Source: Thermodesulfovibrionia bacterium
GTDB lineage: Bacteria; Nitrospirota; Thermodesulfovibrionia; Thermodesulfovibrionales; SM23-35
Direction of reading: 5' to 3'
NCBI GenBank assembly: GCA_041500225.1
Contig: JBGQLV010000001.1
Span: 10,841-74,840, forward strand
DNA: 64,000 bases
Shown here: in pieces, positions 49,395-58,450 of the stretch
Numbering within the stretch: position 1 is the stretch's first letter
How the letters are laid out: each line of letters begins with the position of its first letter
Translations under genes and position numbers: made by a program
The notes under the pieces: generated by a model
Database searches by the model: none
Told to the model about the DNA's origin: nothing
What the model saw: only the letters and a program-made list of their open reading frames with translations

Positions 49395-50453
49395 ATGCAT
49401 GCTGACGCCAAGATTAATTTGCGAGTGTTGTTTTTATTACTTGGAGACCAGAGGACAGCAAGCTCGCGAGTTCGCGGCTTCTGGATTGCTGATGAATTAT
49501 CAAATCTCGGGGTAAAATGTACTGTTGTTTACGGAGAGGATCGCGCCTCTTATTTCCGTTGTTTAAGAAAACTGCCATGGCATGACATCTTATTCGTGCA
49601 GAAAAGATGTTCCAGATGGGATTACCATATTATTAATTTTGCACGTTTAATGGGCAAGGGGGTGGTGTTTGATCTTGACGATGCATACTCAAAGGTAAAG
49701 AGTGATATAACGCTACGCAACGTCAGCCGCATCATGAAAAGATCTTCTGCTGTGACTGTTGGAAGCCAAAATTTATTGGAGTTTGCAAAGCAGTATCAGG
49801 AAAACTCGCATTACCTGCCGAGCAGCATAAAGTTGGAAAATTATGAATTGCCAGCGCAGAAGCATGAAAACTCGCGGGTGTGTTTGGGGTGGATAGGCAA
49901 TGGGGCTCATTATCACATTGACCTTGTACAAATACTGCGGGGGCCTCTAATGGAAATTGCATTAAAACACAATGTGCGGTTGAAACTGGTCGGAGTTTGT
50001 AAACAAAAGGAGTTATATAAGGCATTTTCCAATATTCCAGGATTGGAGACTACTTTCATAGACAGTATTGACTGGGCAGACCACGCTGAAGTTCGTAAGG
50101 CAATGCTGGATTTCGATATTGGTCTCTATCCCGTGCTCGACAATGACTTTAATCGTTACAAATGCGCGTTTAAAGCCCTCGAGTATATGGCACTGGGGAT
50201 AGCTGTAGTCGCCAGTCCTGTAGGAGCCAATGCCTATGTAGTCAGCGATGGTATGGACGGTTTTCATGCAAATGAAAAGAAAGAATGGATTAATGCTCTT
50301 TCGATATTAATTACAGATCAGACAGCACGAAAGAAAATGGGCCGGGCAGGAAGGCTCAAAGTCGAAACGCAATACAGCATATCAGAATCTGCAAAGAAAT
50401 TGGCAGAGATAATGGCAGTAGCTATTGATAAAACTCGGAGGTTACAAAAATAA
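49395..50453 (+). CDS. GT-B fold glycosyltransferase (GT1/GT4-like)
   Basis: FKALEYMALGIAVVASPVGANAYVV. Confidence 0.65.
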   Translation: MHADAKINLRVLFLLLGDQRTASSRVRGFWIADELSNLGVKCTVVYGEDRASYFRCLRKLPWHDILFVQKRCSRWDYHIINFARLMGKGVVFDLDDAYSKVKSDITLRNVSRIMKRSSAVTVGSQNLLEFAKQYQENSHYLPSSIKLENYELPAQKHENSRVCLGWIGNGAHYHIDLVQILRGPLMEIALKHNVRLKLVGVCKQKELYKAFSNIPGLETTFIDSIDWADHAEVRKAMLDFDIGLYPVLDNDFNRYKCAFKALEYMALGIAVVASPVGANAYVVSDGMDGFHANEKKEWINALSILITDQTARKKMGRAGRLKVETQYSISESAKKLAEIMAVAIDKTRRLQK

Positions 50454-51904
50454 TGAAGGATCCAGTTGTACGCTTTATGGAAAATGTTCGATTGAATCCT
50501 AATCATCCAGCTGTTGTCCAGGATACGGGTTCTGTAAGCTACGGAGAGATTGGTTCACTAACGGCTCGCATTGCAGCAACTATTTCTGATATTTGTGAAA
50601 AACCCAGGGTCTTAGTCTACTTGCCTAAAGGGGCAGATGCTTATGCTGCCATGTTCGCTACTTTGATGGCTGGTGGATATTATTCGCCGATTAATATAGA
50701 TGCTCCGGTGCATCGACATGTTGAGGTTTTGCACCAATTTTGCCCTGATGTTATCGTAAGTACAAAGAAGTTGGTGTTAGATTTACCTATAGCTGATATT
50801 GAGAGCGAATTCGTTGATATTGACAATCTCTCGTCCGATGAGCTGGGAGAGCCTCTTGCTGCCCATGAATTAGCGTATGTTATTTTTACTTCTGGTTCGA
50901 CAGGGCAGCCTAAAGGGGTAATGATTCCGCGCTCCGGTCTCTCCCATTATACGGAGTGGGCTGTTAATAACATGTGCGTTTCTCCTGAAGATCGTTGGTC
51001 GCAACATCCTAATATTGCATTTGATCTTAGTGTGCTGGACATATATGGAGCACTGTGTGGCGGTGCAACGTTGTACCCCCTGACCTCGAAAAAAGACAAA
51101 TTGCTGCCGGCTGATTTTATCAAGCGACATCAACTAACTATTTGGAATTCTGTGCCGAGCGTTGTTGATCTTATGATTAAAGCTCGTCAGGTTACAAAGG
51201 AAAATTTTGCATCTCTTCGGTTGCTTACCTTTTGTGGGGAACCTCTCTATCCCAGGCATTTAGATGCTATTTTCTGCGCTAATGATCGTGTACTGGTTCA
51301 CAATACCTATGGTCCGACTGAAGCCACAGTATCGTGTACTTTGATCCGTTTAACTGCGAGCAATTATAAGGATGTTTGCGGTGGCAATGTTGCATTAGGC
51401 CAGCCTATACCTGGAATGGAAGTTATGTTGATGGGAGGCAGTAGTGATGAGGGAGAGCTTGTGATTTTGGGGGAGCAGCTGGCTCTTGGATATTGGCAGA
51501 ATGGATCTGAAACAGCTAAAGCTTTTATTTCAATATCAGTTGAAGGGGTGGATAGGCGAGCTTATCGTACGGGAGATTGGGTAACTAAAAGGGATAGTGA
51601 ATATTATTTCGCAGGTAGAATTGATTCTCAAATTAAAATACGAGGGAATAGGGTAGAATTAGATGAAATTGACTCTACTATTCTTAAGATAGGGTATGGA
51701 AATTCATGTACCGTTTTCGTGAATAACCAATTACATAGTTTTATACAGACAAAGCGATTGCCGGAGTTTTTAGAATTTAAGGAAAGACTATCCAGGCATT
51801 TGCCGGAGTATGAAATACCGGCTCATATCCATGTGATTGAAAGTTTTCCGGTTAATAGTAATGATAAGATTGATCGGCTGCAATTGGGCGAATTGATAGA
51901 TTAG
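50453..51904 (+). CDS. Stand-alone adenylation (AMP-binding) enzyme, DltA-like carrier-protein ligase
   Basis: Adenylation cores YVIFTSGSTGQPKGV, NTYGPTE, YRTGDWV, GRIDSQIKIRGNRVELDEI, and the terminal NSNDKIDR lysine. 483 aa with no condensation domain. Confidence 0.85.
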   Translation: MKDPVVRFMENVRLNPNHPAVVQDTGSVSYGEIGSLTARIAATISDICEKPRVLVYLPKGADAYAAMFATLMAGGYYSPINIDAPVHRHVEVLHQFCPDVIVSTKKLVLDLPIADIESEFVDIDNLSSDELGEPLAAHELAYVIFTSGSTGQPKGVMIPRSGLSHYTEWAVNNMCVSPEDRWSQHPNIAFDLSVLDIYGALCGGATLYPLTSKKDKLLPADFIKRHQLTIWNSVPSVVDLMIKARQVTKENFASLRLLTFCGEPLYPRHLDAIFCANDRVLVHNTYGPTEATVSCTLIRLTASNYKDVCGGNVALGQPIPGMEVMLMGGSSDEGELVILGEQLALGYWQNGSETAKAFISISVEGVDRRAYRTGDWVTKRDSEYYFAGRIDSQIKIRGNRVELDEIDSTILKIGYGNSCTVFVNNQLHSFIQTKRLPEFLEFKERLSRHLPEYEIPAHIHVIESFPVNSNDKIDRLQLGELID

Positions 51905-51918
51905 TACTAAGCAAGTTG

Positions 51919-52209
51919 ATGAAAGGGTTGAAAACAATGAATATGAATGATTGTGGTTATGCGGATTTGTATGAAATCATACTTGATGTGATAGAGCCTA
52001 AATTATCACAGACAGGATTAGACCGCAATACTATTAAACCGGACACAGGTTTAATGGATATTCTTGACTCTTTCGGGATTCTTGAGACAATTATCGAGAT
52101 TGAGGAGCGCGCGGGAGTTAGCGCAGATTTAGCACAAATGGATTTTGCAACTGCTATGACTGTGAGTGGCTTGGCTAAAGAGATTATTCGCATAAACCCT
52201 CGTGAGTGA
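51919..52209 (+). CDS. Phosphopantetheine-type carrier protein (ACP/DltC-like)
   Basis: About 96 aa acidic protein with LDSFGILETIIEIE (Ser attachment motif). Lies directly after the adenylating enzyme. Confidence 0.7.
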   Translation: MKGLKTMNMNDCGYADLYEIILDVIEPKLSQTGLDRNTIKPDTGLMDILDSFGILETIIEIEERAGVSADLAQMDFATAMTVSGLAKEIIRINPRE

Positions 52210-52837
52210 TTTCATGGATAAGAGTAAGAATATTTCTATTGTTAATGTTTCTGCAATTGATGAAGCCCGCCGGTTGTCAGCTTCATATTTAGTGATGGAA
52301 TCGTTGCCGGCCTATTATATGGTTGATGGTATTGATGAACTCGAAATGGCTACTGCAGTTGCTGGATTGATTGGAGAATCAGGAAGCGAGATTGAAAAAG
52401 GGTATGCTGCTCTTTCCGGCGAGGAAGTTGTTGGAATATTTACTTTTCTTTGTAGCGAGTTGTTGTCAAAGGCGCGGCTTGTGGGAACTCAGGCATTAAT
52501 TAAGCGCCTGTCACATGATTCTGCAAAGCAGTTTTGTAATCACTTAAAACATTACGATGCCGGTTTTGGAATAGTTCCCGATGGGAGTATTTACCTGAGT
52601 CGGTTTGCGATCGATAAATACTATCGAGGAAGTGGCTTGGCAAGCCAAATGATAGAATTGTTCTTGTCCTTGGAGGATGATTTTGGTGTAAGACGGGACA
52701 AATTCTCGCTTCATGTGGATCGAAAAAATGAGCGCGCTATTGCCTTTTATCGTAAGCATGGGTTTGGTATACATCATACAGGATCACGTTATCTGACAAT
52801 GGTTCGTACACAGGCGAGTCGTAGTATCATTGTCTAA
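52202..52837 (+). CDS. GNAT-family N-acyltransferase
   Basis: YRGSGLASQMIELF...ERAIAFYRKHGF (GNAT motifs A/B). Overlaps the carrier gene by 8 nt. Confidence 0.7.
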   Translation: MSDFMDKSKNISIVNVSAIDEARRLSASYLVMESLPAYYMVDGIDELEMATAVAGLIGESGSEIEKGYAALSGEEVVGIFTFLCSELLSKARLVGTQALIKRLSHDSAKQFCNHLKHYDAGFGIVPDGSIYLSRFAIDKYYRGSGLASQMIELFLSLEDDFGVRRDKFSLHVDRKNERAIAFYRKHGFGIHHTGSRYLTMVRTQASRSIIV

Positions 52838-52855
52838 AAACATGGAGGAGTAAAA

Positions 52856-53395
52856 GTGCCCGGTACTTTCCAAAAGATTCAGTCAAAAAAAGACCTCAAG
52901 AAATTCATAGAGATGGATTTGGAAGCGCGTGGGCTAAAATGTCTGCCAAAGTTGTACCAGATACGTAAGCCGATCGTTTGCTACACGGTACTATTGAGGA
53001 AGGTGGAGTATTTGCAAAATAAAGAGCATGGTTATTTGGCTGAATTATGGTGTAAAATCATGCAACTGAGATTAAAACGACTGGGGGCAAAGTTGGGATT
53101 CTCGATTGCCCCCAATACGTTCGGGCCTGGTTTATATCTGGTGCATTGGGGTAGCATAGTTATAAGCTCGGAAGCCCGCATCGGTCCAAATGCCCGGGTT
53201 CATTCTTGTGTAAATGTTTCTGGTGCGCCAGTAATTGGGAAAAATGTCTATCTTGGTCCGGGTGCCGTAATTGTGGGAGACATCACAATCGGGGATAATG
53301 TTTCCGTTGGGGCAAATGCTGTCGTGACTACCTCTTTCCCGGATAATGTAACAGTTCTTGGTAACCCTGCACGTGTTGTAAAGATACAAACCTGA
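52856..53395 (+). CDS. Hexapeptide-repeat O-acyltransferase (serine acetyltransferase/WcaB-like)
   Basis: C-terminal LbH repeats [13 protein letters not shown]...[34 protein letters not shown] start after GGAGGAG. Confidence 0.75.
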   Translation: MPGTFQKIQSKKDLKKFIEMDLEARGLKCLPKLYQIRKPIVCYTVLLRKVEYLQNKEHGYLAELWCKIMQLRLKRLGAKLGFSIAPNTFGPGLYLVHWGSIVISSEARIGPNARVHSCVNVSGAPVIGKNVYLGPGAVIVGDITIGDNVSVGANAVVTTSFPDNVTVLGNPARVVKIQT

Positions 53396-53469
53396 AGCAA
53401 GCAATTTCCATATCGCTCGGCCTGTATTTCCGATTATTTAGGTAAGATATTAAAACACACGGTGGACAA

Positions 53470-54033
53470 TTGATTAAATCTCGCGAAGATTATCTGTTTT
53501 ACTTGCAGTCTGATAAAGCTGCTTTTGCATGGAAGCGCCCGATAAAAGCTCTTTTTGATGATATCTGGGGGTTTCAGAAGATACTAAGGAAAATGGAATA
53601 TTTAAAGAACTGTAAAGGAAAAAGGAATATATTATTATTGCCAATTACGCTTTTTCTTTTCAGGAGGGCGTCCCGGCGACTTGGCTTCACCATTCCTCCG
53701 AACGTATTTGGACCCGGGTTGAGAATCGGGCACCGCGGCACGATAATTGTAACACCAAATGCCCGGGTGGGAGCTAACTGCAGAATTAACGCTGGTGTTC
53801 AAATCGGACCCGGAAGAACTGGAGCACCCAGAATAGGCGACAACTGCTATATTGGTCCAGGGGCTAAGATTTTTGGTGACATAATTCTTGGAAATAATAT
53901 GAGGATTGGCGCCAATGCCGTTGTAAACAAAAGTTTTCCGGAGGGTAACGGGCTCCTTGTCGGCATACCTGCAAAATTGGTTTCAAAAACAGGCCCTGAA
54001 TTGCAAGAAGATGACAATCTGTACCCAATGTGA
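53470..54033 (+). CDS. Hexapeptide-repeat O-acyltransferase, paralog of 52856..53395
   Basis: Same architecture (LGFTIPPNVFGPGL...VGANCRINAGVQIG...IGDNCYIGPGAKIFGDIILGNNMRIGANAVV). Confidence 0.75.
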   Translation: MIKSREDYLFYLQSDKAAFAWKRPIKALFDDIWGFQKILRKMEYLKNCKGKRNILLLPITLFLFRRASRRLGFTIPPNVFGPGLRIGHRGTIIVTPNARVGANCRINAGVQIGPGRTGAPRIGDNCYIGPGAKIFGDIILGNNMRIGANAVVNKSFPEGNGLLVGIPAKLVSKTGPELQEDDNLYPM

Positions 54034-54049
54034 GTTATATTCTAAAAAA

Positions 54050-55267
54050 ATGATTGTTGCATTTGGTTCAGTGCCGAAAGACGGCGGCACGTTTACATTT
54101 TATCGAAATTTACGTCCTGCGCTCCTTGAATATGGCATTGACATGCGCTGTGTGGCGGTTGGTAAGGCGCAGGCTAAGTTGTGGGAAGAAGCCTATGCTG
54201 ACGAGGGCTGTGTCCTGCTTGCCTCAGGCACTCGCAACGTCAAGAGGCAGGCAATGGCTTTTGCAGAGTGGTGCGAGCGGGAGAAGGTCGATATTGTGAT
54301 GGGGATTAACTCTGAGGCGATATTATCATCTCTATCGCATTTGCCGGAAAGGATACGGGTGGTGTCGCGTTGCGCGAATGCGTTTGATCACGGCTACAGG
54401 ATCACGCTGTCCTGCGCTGAGCGATTAGTGCGAATCGTGGCATCGGCGCCGCGGCTTGAACGAGATTTGATTAATGATTATGGCGCTGACGCAGCCAAAT
54501 TACGCCTGATTCCCAATGGGATTGCGCCCGAGCCCTTTGAGCTGGCAGCGGCTTCCCCACGTGGTCAGGAGCCTTTTTTGAGGCTGGGTTTTCTTGGGCG
54601 ATTGGAACATAACCAAAAGGGGGTTTTTCACCTGCCGAAGATTGTGCGGGAGCTGAACCGGCTGGATGTTGCGTTTCGGCTGCGCATCGCAGGGAAAGGC
54701 AGGCATCGGTCTGTCATCGAGCGCGAGATGCGCGCTGAAGTGGAACGGGGACAAGTGGAATTTATCGGCGCTATACCTCCTCAGGATGTGCCGTTGTTTC
54801 TTGCTGAGACCGATGTGTTTGTCTTTACCTCTCACTTTGAGGGTTGCCCGAATGTGTTGTTGGAGGCGATTATGGCCGGGTGCGTGCCGGTGTCCTGGCT
54901 CATTGAAGGCATAACCGACTTTATAATTGAAGACGGCAAAACTGGGTTCATTTCTCCATTGGGTAACTGCGAGATATTCGCCCAGCGAATCACGATAGTG
55001 GCTAATGACCGCGAGCGGCTGCAAGCGATGAGCATGGCAGCAGCAAGAGCGGGCCGCGAGCGCTTCTCTCACCGACGCAGTGCCGCAGCTTATGCGGAAC
55101 TTATACAAGAAGTGATGAGCGAACCGCCTCCGCCATGGAGACCAAAGCCCTGGAGTGAATTTAGAACTGATCCGAATTTCAAGCACACTTGGACTGAGTG
55201 GTTACCGAGCGGTTTTCGGAGTTGGATAAGACAGTTCTTCTTGACTCCTTCCAAAATAAGCAAATAA
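54050..55267 (+). CDS. GT4-family glycosyltransferase
   Basis: MIVAFGSVPKDGG N-terminus. FEGCPNVLLEAIMAGCVPVS. Start moved to ATG 54050 to avoid overlap with the acyltransferase. Confidence 0.75.
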   Translation: MIVAFGSVPKDGGTFTFYRNLRPALLEYGIDMRCVAVGKAQAKLWEEAYADEGCVLLASGTRNVKRQAMAFAEWCEREKVDIVMGINSEAILSSLSHLPERIRVVSRCANAFDHGYRITLSCAERLVRIVASAPRLERDLINDYGADAAKLRLIPNGIAPEPFELAAASPRGQEPFLRLGFLGRLEHNQKGVFHLPKIVRELNRLDVAFRLRIAGKGRHRSVIEREMRAEVERGQVEFIGAIPPQDVPLFLAETDVFVFTSHFEGCPNVLLEAIMAGCVPVSWLIEGITDFIIEDGKTGFISPLGNCEIFAQRITIVANDRERLQAMSMAAARAGRERFSHRRSAAAYAELIQEVMSEPPPPWRPKPWSEFRTDPNFKHTWTEWLPSGFRSWIRQFFLTPSKISK

Positions 55268-55283
55268 CATAGGAGAACTTACT

Positions 55284-56105
55284 TTGAAGTTACACTCTAA
55301 TTATTCTTTTATTCTGGATCAAACGATTGCTTTAATGTCCGATCGATTGGATTCTTGTCGGGTTCTTGATCATGGCTGCGGTAAAGGCTTACTTGTTGAA
55401 GCTGGAGTTTCCAAATCAATGGATTTCTATGGTGTTGAGATGTTTTCTCATGGTAGTGGTATTGGCATAAAAGATGGTTTGGCCGCCAAAGGATTGCTGA
55501 GCAATCGCATTAGGGAAATTGTGGACGAAAAAATTCCCTTTCCGGACGAATATTTTGATTTAGTGGTGTCGAATCAAGTCTTGGAGCACATACCAGATAT
55601 TGCGCCTGTTATCTCTGAAATCAGGCGTGTTTTAAGAGCTGACGGTTTATTCCTGTGTATTCTTCCATATCAGGGCGCATATCGGGAAGGTCATTGCAAA
55701 ATACCATTTGCCCACTGGTTTAAGCCGGAATCTAAGCTTCAATATTATTGGCTTTATGTATTCAAGGTTTTAGGGTTTGGTCGTCGCAAGAAAGTAAAGG
55801 ATCCGCATGTGTGGGCGAATTACTTCTCAACGTGGTTGAAGGATAATACTTTCTATAGAACGTTCCCGGAGATCAACAGTCTGTTCAAGAAAAGTTTTCA
55901 GCGTGTTGAATACATTGAAGATGAATACATTAAATTCAGGTTGCTTCTTAGGAACAATAAGCGTCTTTCAGATTTTGCTACTCAACCCATAATCAAGTTT
56001 TTTTCTCAATGGTTTTGCAGGAGGTTCGGCAGTTTAGTGATTTTAGCAAGAAAGGAAATTGCTCAAAATATATCTATTCAGTCCCGGGGAGAGCAGGCGC
56101 TATGA
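55284..56105 (+). CDS. Class I SAM-dependent methyltransferase (Methyltransf_11-like)
   Basis: VLDHGCGKGLLV...DLVVSNQVLEHIPD...DGLFL. Confidence 0.75.
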   Translation: MKLHSNYSFILDQTIALMSDRLDSCRVLDHGCGKGLLVEAGVSKSMDFYGVEMFSHGSGIGIKDGLAAKGLLSNRIREIVDEKIPFPDEYFDLVVSNQVLEHIPDIAPVISEIRRVLRADGLFLCILPYQGAYREGHCKIPFAHWFKPESKLQYYWLYVFKVLGFGRRKKVKDPHVWANYFSTWLKDNTFYRTFPEINSLFKKSFQRVEYIEDEYIKFRLLLRNNKRLSDFATQPIIKFFSQWFCRRFGSLVILARKEIAQNISIQSRGEQAL

Positions 56106-57517
56106 GGTATAGCCCGGTTCAGGATCGGTCACGGAGGGGGCTCGGTACAGGCTTTGCTCCAGTGGCACAATATACGGCCCTGCCATCTTCGCGGTTGCTT
56201 GGCTTTTTTATTTTAGTTTTGCTGGTAGCGCCGCGAGCCCGTGTACCCGGAATAGGGATTCCCCTGTACCTGGTCGACGGCCTGTTAGGGTTCCTTTTCT
56301 TAACTGCGCTCCGGCGGTCTGCGATCTCCTTGCGGCCATTGGGGCCGATTCCACTGCTGGCAGGCATCTACACCATATTTGTATGCCTCGGCGAAATGCG
56401 GGGGTTGATTGAATATAGGGCATTCGCCGAGTCTGCTTATATGATGGGCATTTTCTGTCTGGCCATTTCCCTTGTTTACATAGTGCCAAAGATGATCAGG
56501 ACCCAGGATAATTTGGTCGTGGTGTTCAAGGGTATTTTGTTCGGACTACTGGTTACCTCTATCATTGTCATCCTCTATTCCATGGGCGCGACTCGACCAG
56601 CGGTCGCGGGCACGATTTTTAGATGGGATTTTCTCAACCCCGGGGCCGAGAGATACTTGCAGATGCTGCAGATGACAACGGGAGAGGATACTACGCGTGG
56701 CACTTCGCTCATCGGCGCGGCAACAATAACCACCGGTTTTTTGGGTACTATGTGGCCTGTGGCTTTTCTGGCTGCAAAGTGGCCTGGGCTGGGTCTCCGC
56801 TGGCAGAAAGTAGCCAGGCTGGCATCGGTTATAGCACCCCTCGGCCTTTTGGCGACCTACGGGCGTGCCGCCTGGCTTATTGTTATAGTAATAGCTATTA
56901 TGGCGGGTATATTCGGATTTGGGGGAGGGCGACGGAAGGTATTTATCCTGGTCTCTCTTTGTCTCCTGATAGCTTATTTGTACGGTGATCAATCCGATCT
57001 GTTCGTAGTGAATCGGCTAAAAGTGAGAACCCAGGCTACTATAAACGCCCCGTTGGAAAGTCCTGAGGAACGGGAGAGATTTGCTTCATATTTTGAGCCC
57101 TTTGAACATCTGTCTGAAAACCCGATTTGGATTGTTGCCGGCGCTGGGAGGACCGGCCAGAGGTTGATGGGCCGCGGCGGGTTAGAGACCCAGCTTTTTG
57201 ATGAAGGGACATTGGCAACCCATTCCGCATTTTCCATGGCCTATTATGCTTTTGGCCTGCCTGCCGCGATTTGCCAGGTTTTGCTTATGCTTTCCGCCCT
57301 TCGTTTGATATTGAGGCGATTGAAAGCCTGCGGGAAGGATAGGCAGCAGCAATTGATCTGGCAAGTATTGCTTATGACCTGGAGTGGCCTCCTTTTTTGG
57401 TGGCTTTCCGGACACGCAGCGGTTGGCGAGCCCCGGGGCGTGATGCTTTTATTCTTCTGGTTCGGTCTGCTTCTTGCCTGCAGCAGGCTCGGCACCATGA
57501 GCGGGGCCAAACAATGA
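56102..57517 (+). CDS. O-antigen ligase/polymerase-family (Wzy_C-like) polytopic membrane protein
   Basis: About 10-12 TM helices with a large loop. TYGRAAWLIVIV resembles the Wzy_C S/T-R-x-x-W-L motif. ATG 56102 overlaps the upstream stop (ATGA). Confidence 0.65.
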   Translation: MRYSPVQDRSRRGLGTGFAPVAQYTALPSSRLLGFFILVLLVAPRARVPGIGIPLYLVDGLLGFLFLTALRRSAISLRPLGPIPLLAGIYTIFVCLGEMRGLIEYRAFAESAYMMGIFCLAISLVYIVPKMIRTQDNLVVVFKGILFGLLVTSIIVILYSMGATRPAVAGTIFRWDFLNPGAERYLQMLQMTTGEDTTRGTSLIGAATITTGFLGTMWPVAFLAAKWPGLGLRWQKVARLASVIAPLGLLATYGRAAWLIVIVIAIMAGIFGFGGGRRKVFILVSLCLLIAYLYGDQSDLFVVNRLKVRTQATINAPLESPEERERFASYFEPFEHLSENPIWIVAGAGRTGQRLMGRGGLETQLFDEGTLATHSAFSMAYYAFGLPAAICQVLLMLSALRLILRRLKACGKDRQQQLIWQVLLMTWSGLLFWWLSGHAAVGEPRGVMLLFFWFGLLLACSRLGTMSGAKQ

Positions 57518-58443
57518 AACCGACAGTCGTTATTCTTCTATCCGACAAACGTTCCGGATCGACAATGTTCGAAAATGAAATATGCAGACATCCCGATATC
57601 AACCACGTGGTTTACACGCCGCATTCTTATAATGAGACCCATTATTGGCTTATGGCAGCAAGTTTATTGAAAATGCCCAGGCAACTTTTTAATGGGCATC
57701 GGCTGCCGCAGAACTATGGCTTCCGGCCAACCACCAGGCGCTATATTATCGATTGTATTCGCGGCAATGTCCCTGACTTTGTCATTCCTGAATCAGACGA
57801 AGCCCTTGTTTTTGTAGGTTGGGATGCGCTATGCCATAAATTCGCCAGGCCTGTATTCTTTGAAAAGTCACCCCAGCATCCGCATCATTGGGCAGCTCTG
57901 GAACTGATGATGAAATGGGCGCGGACAAGTGAGTTCACTGTCCGTTTTATCGGGCTGGTGCGCAATCCGATGGCGGTCATGTACTCGGCCTATAAGCTTT
58001 TCTCGACCGATCCGGAAGAGCGTCAATTCGGTTGGGCGTCCTGTTACCGCAATCTTCTGACAATGCGGGAAATAGTGGGTCGGGAGTCTTTTCACATGGT
58101 CCGCTACGAGGACTTGATTGCTCATCCAAAACAGGTATTCGGGGAAGTTTGCGACTATCTCCGGCTGGAACATTGCGAGGCTATTGGCGAGAAGGTTCAT
58201 GCCCAGTCCCTCGAAAAATGGCGCGATGACCCGTATTTCACTCTCCAGCTTGATGAAAGCGTCAGGCGCTTGGCAGGATATTTCGGTTACCGCGAGGAAG
58301 ACGTTTACAATCCTCCCAAACAAGGTATGCCCCTTGCTGCTAAAATGCGCCGCCGGATTACCGATACGCTCAGACTTGCAGAGGGCAAAGTGTATAACCG
58401 TCTTGTGAAAAACATCCTGTTCCGCATGTCGCGACGCAAGTAA
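57514..58443 (+). CDS. PAPS-dependent sulfotransferase
   Basis: 5'-PSB-like loop LLSDKRSGST and 3'-PB-like GLVRNPMAVMYS. ATG 57514 overlaps the upstream stop by 4 nt. Confidence 0.65.
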   Translation: MKPTVVILLSDKRSGSTMFENEICRHPDINHVVYTPHSYNETHYWLMAASLLKMPRQLFNGHRLPQNYGFRPTTRRYIIDCIRGNVPDFVIPESDEALVFVGWDALCHKFARPVFFEKSPQHPHHWAALELMMKWARTSEFTVRFIGLVRNPMAVMYSAYKLFSTDPEERQFGWASCYRNLLTMREIVGRESFHMVRYEDLIAHPKQVFGEVCDYLRLEHCEAIGEKVHAQSLEKWRDDPYFTLQLDESVRRLAGYFGYREEDVYNPPKQGMPLAAKMRRRITDTLRLAEGKVYNRLVKNILFRMSRRK

Positions 58444-58450
58444 GTACGCG

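Noticed and set aside
54500-55186. 228-aa minus-strand ORF in the high-GC block
   Set aside because: Lies fully antisense to a well-supported GT4 glycosyltransferase gene. Its Arg/Pro/Ser-rich translation has no recognisable motif. Long shadow ORFs are expected in high-GC DNA.
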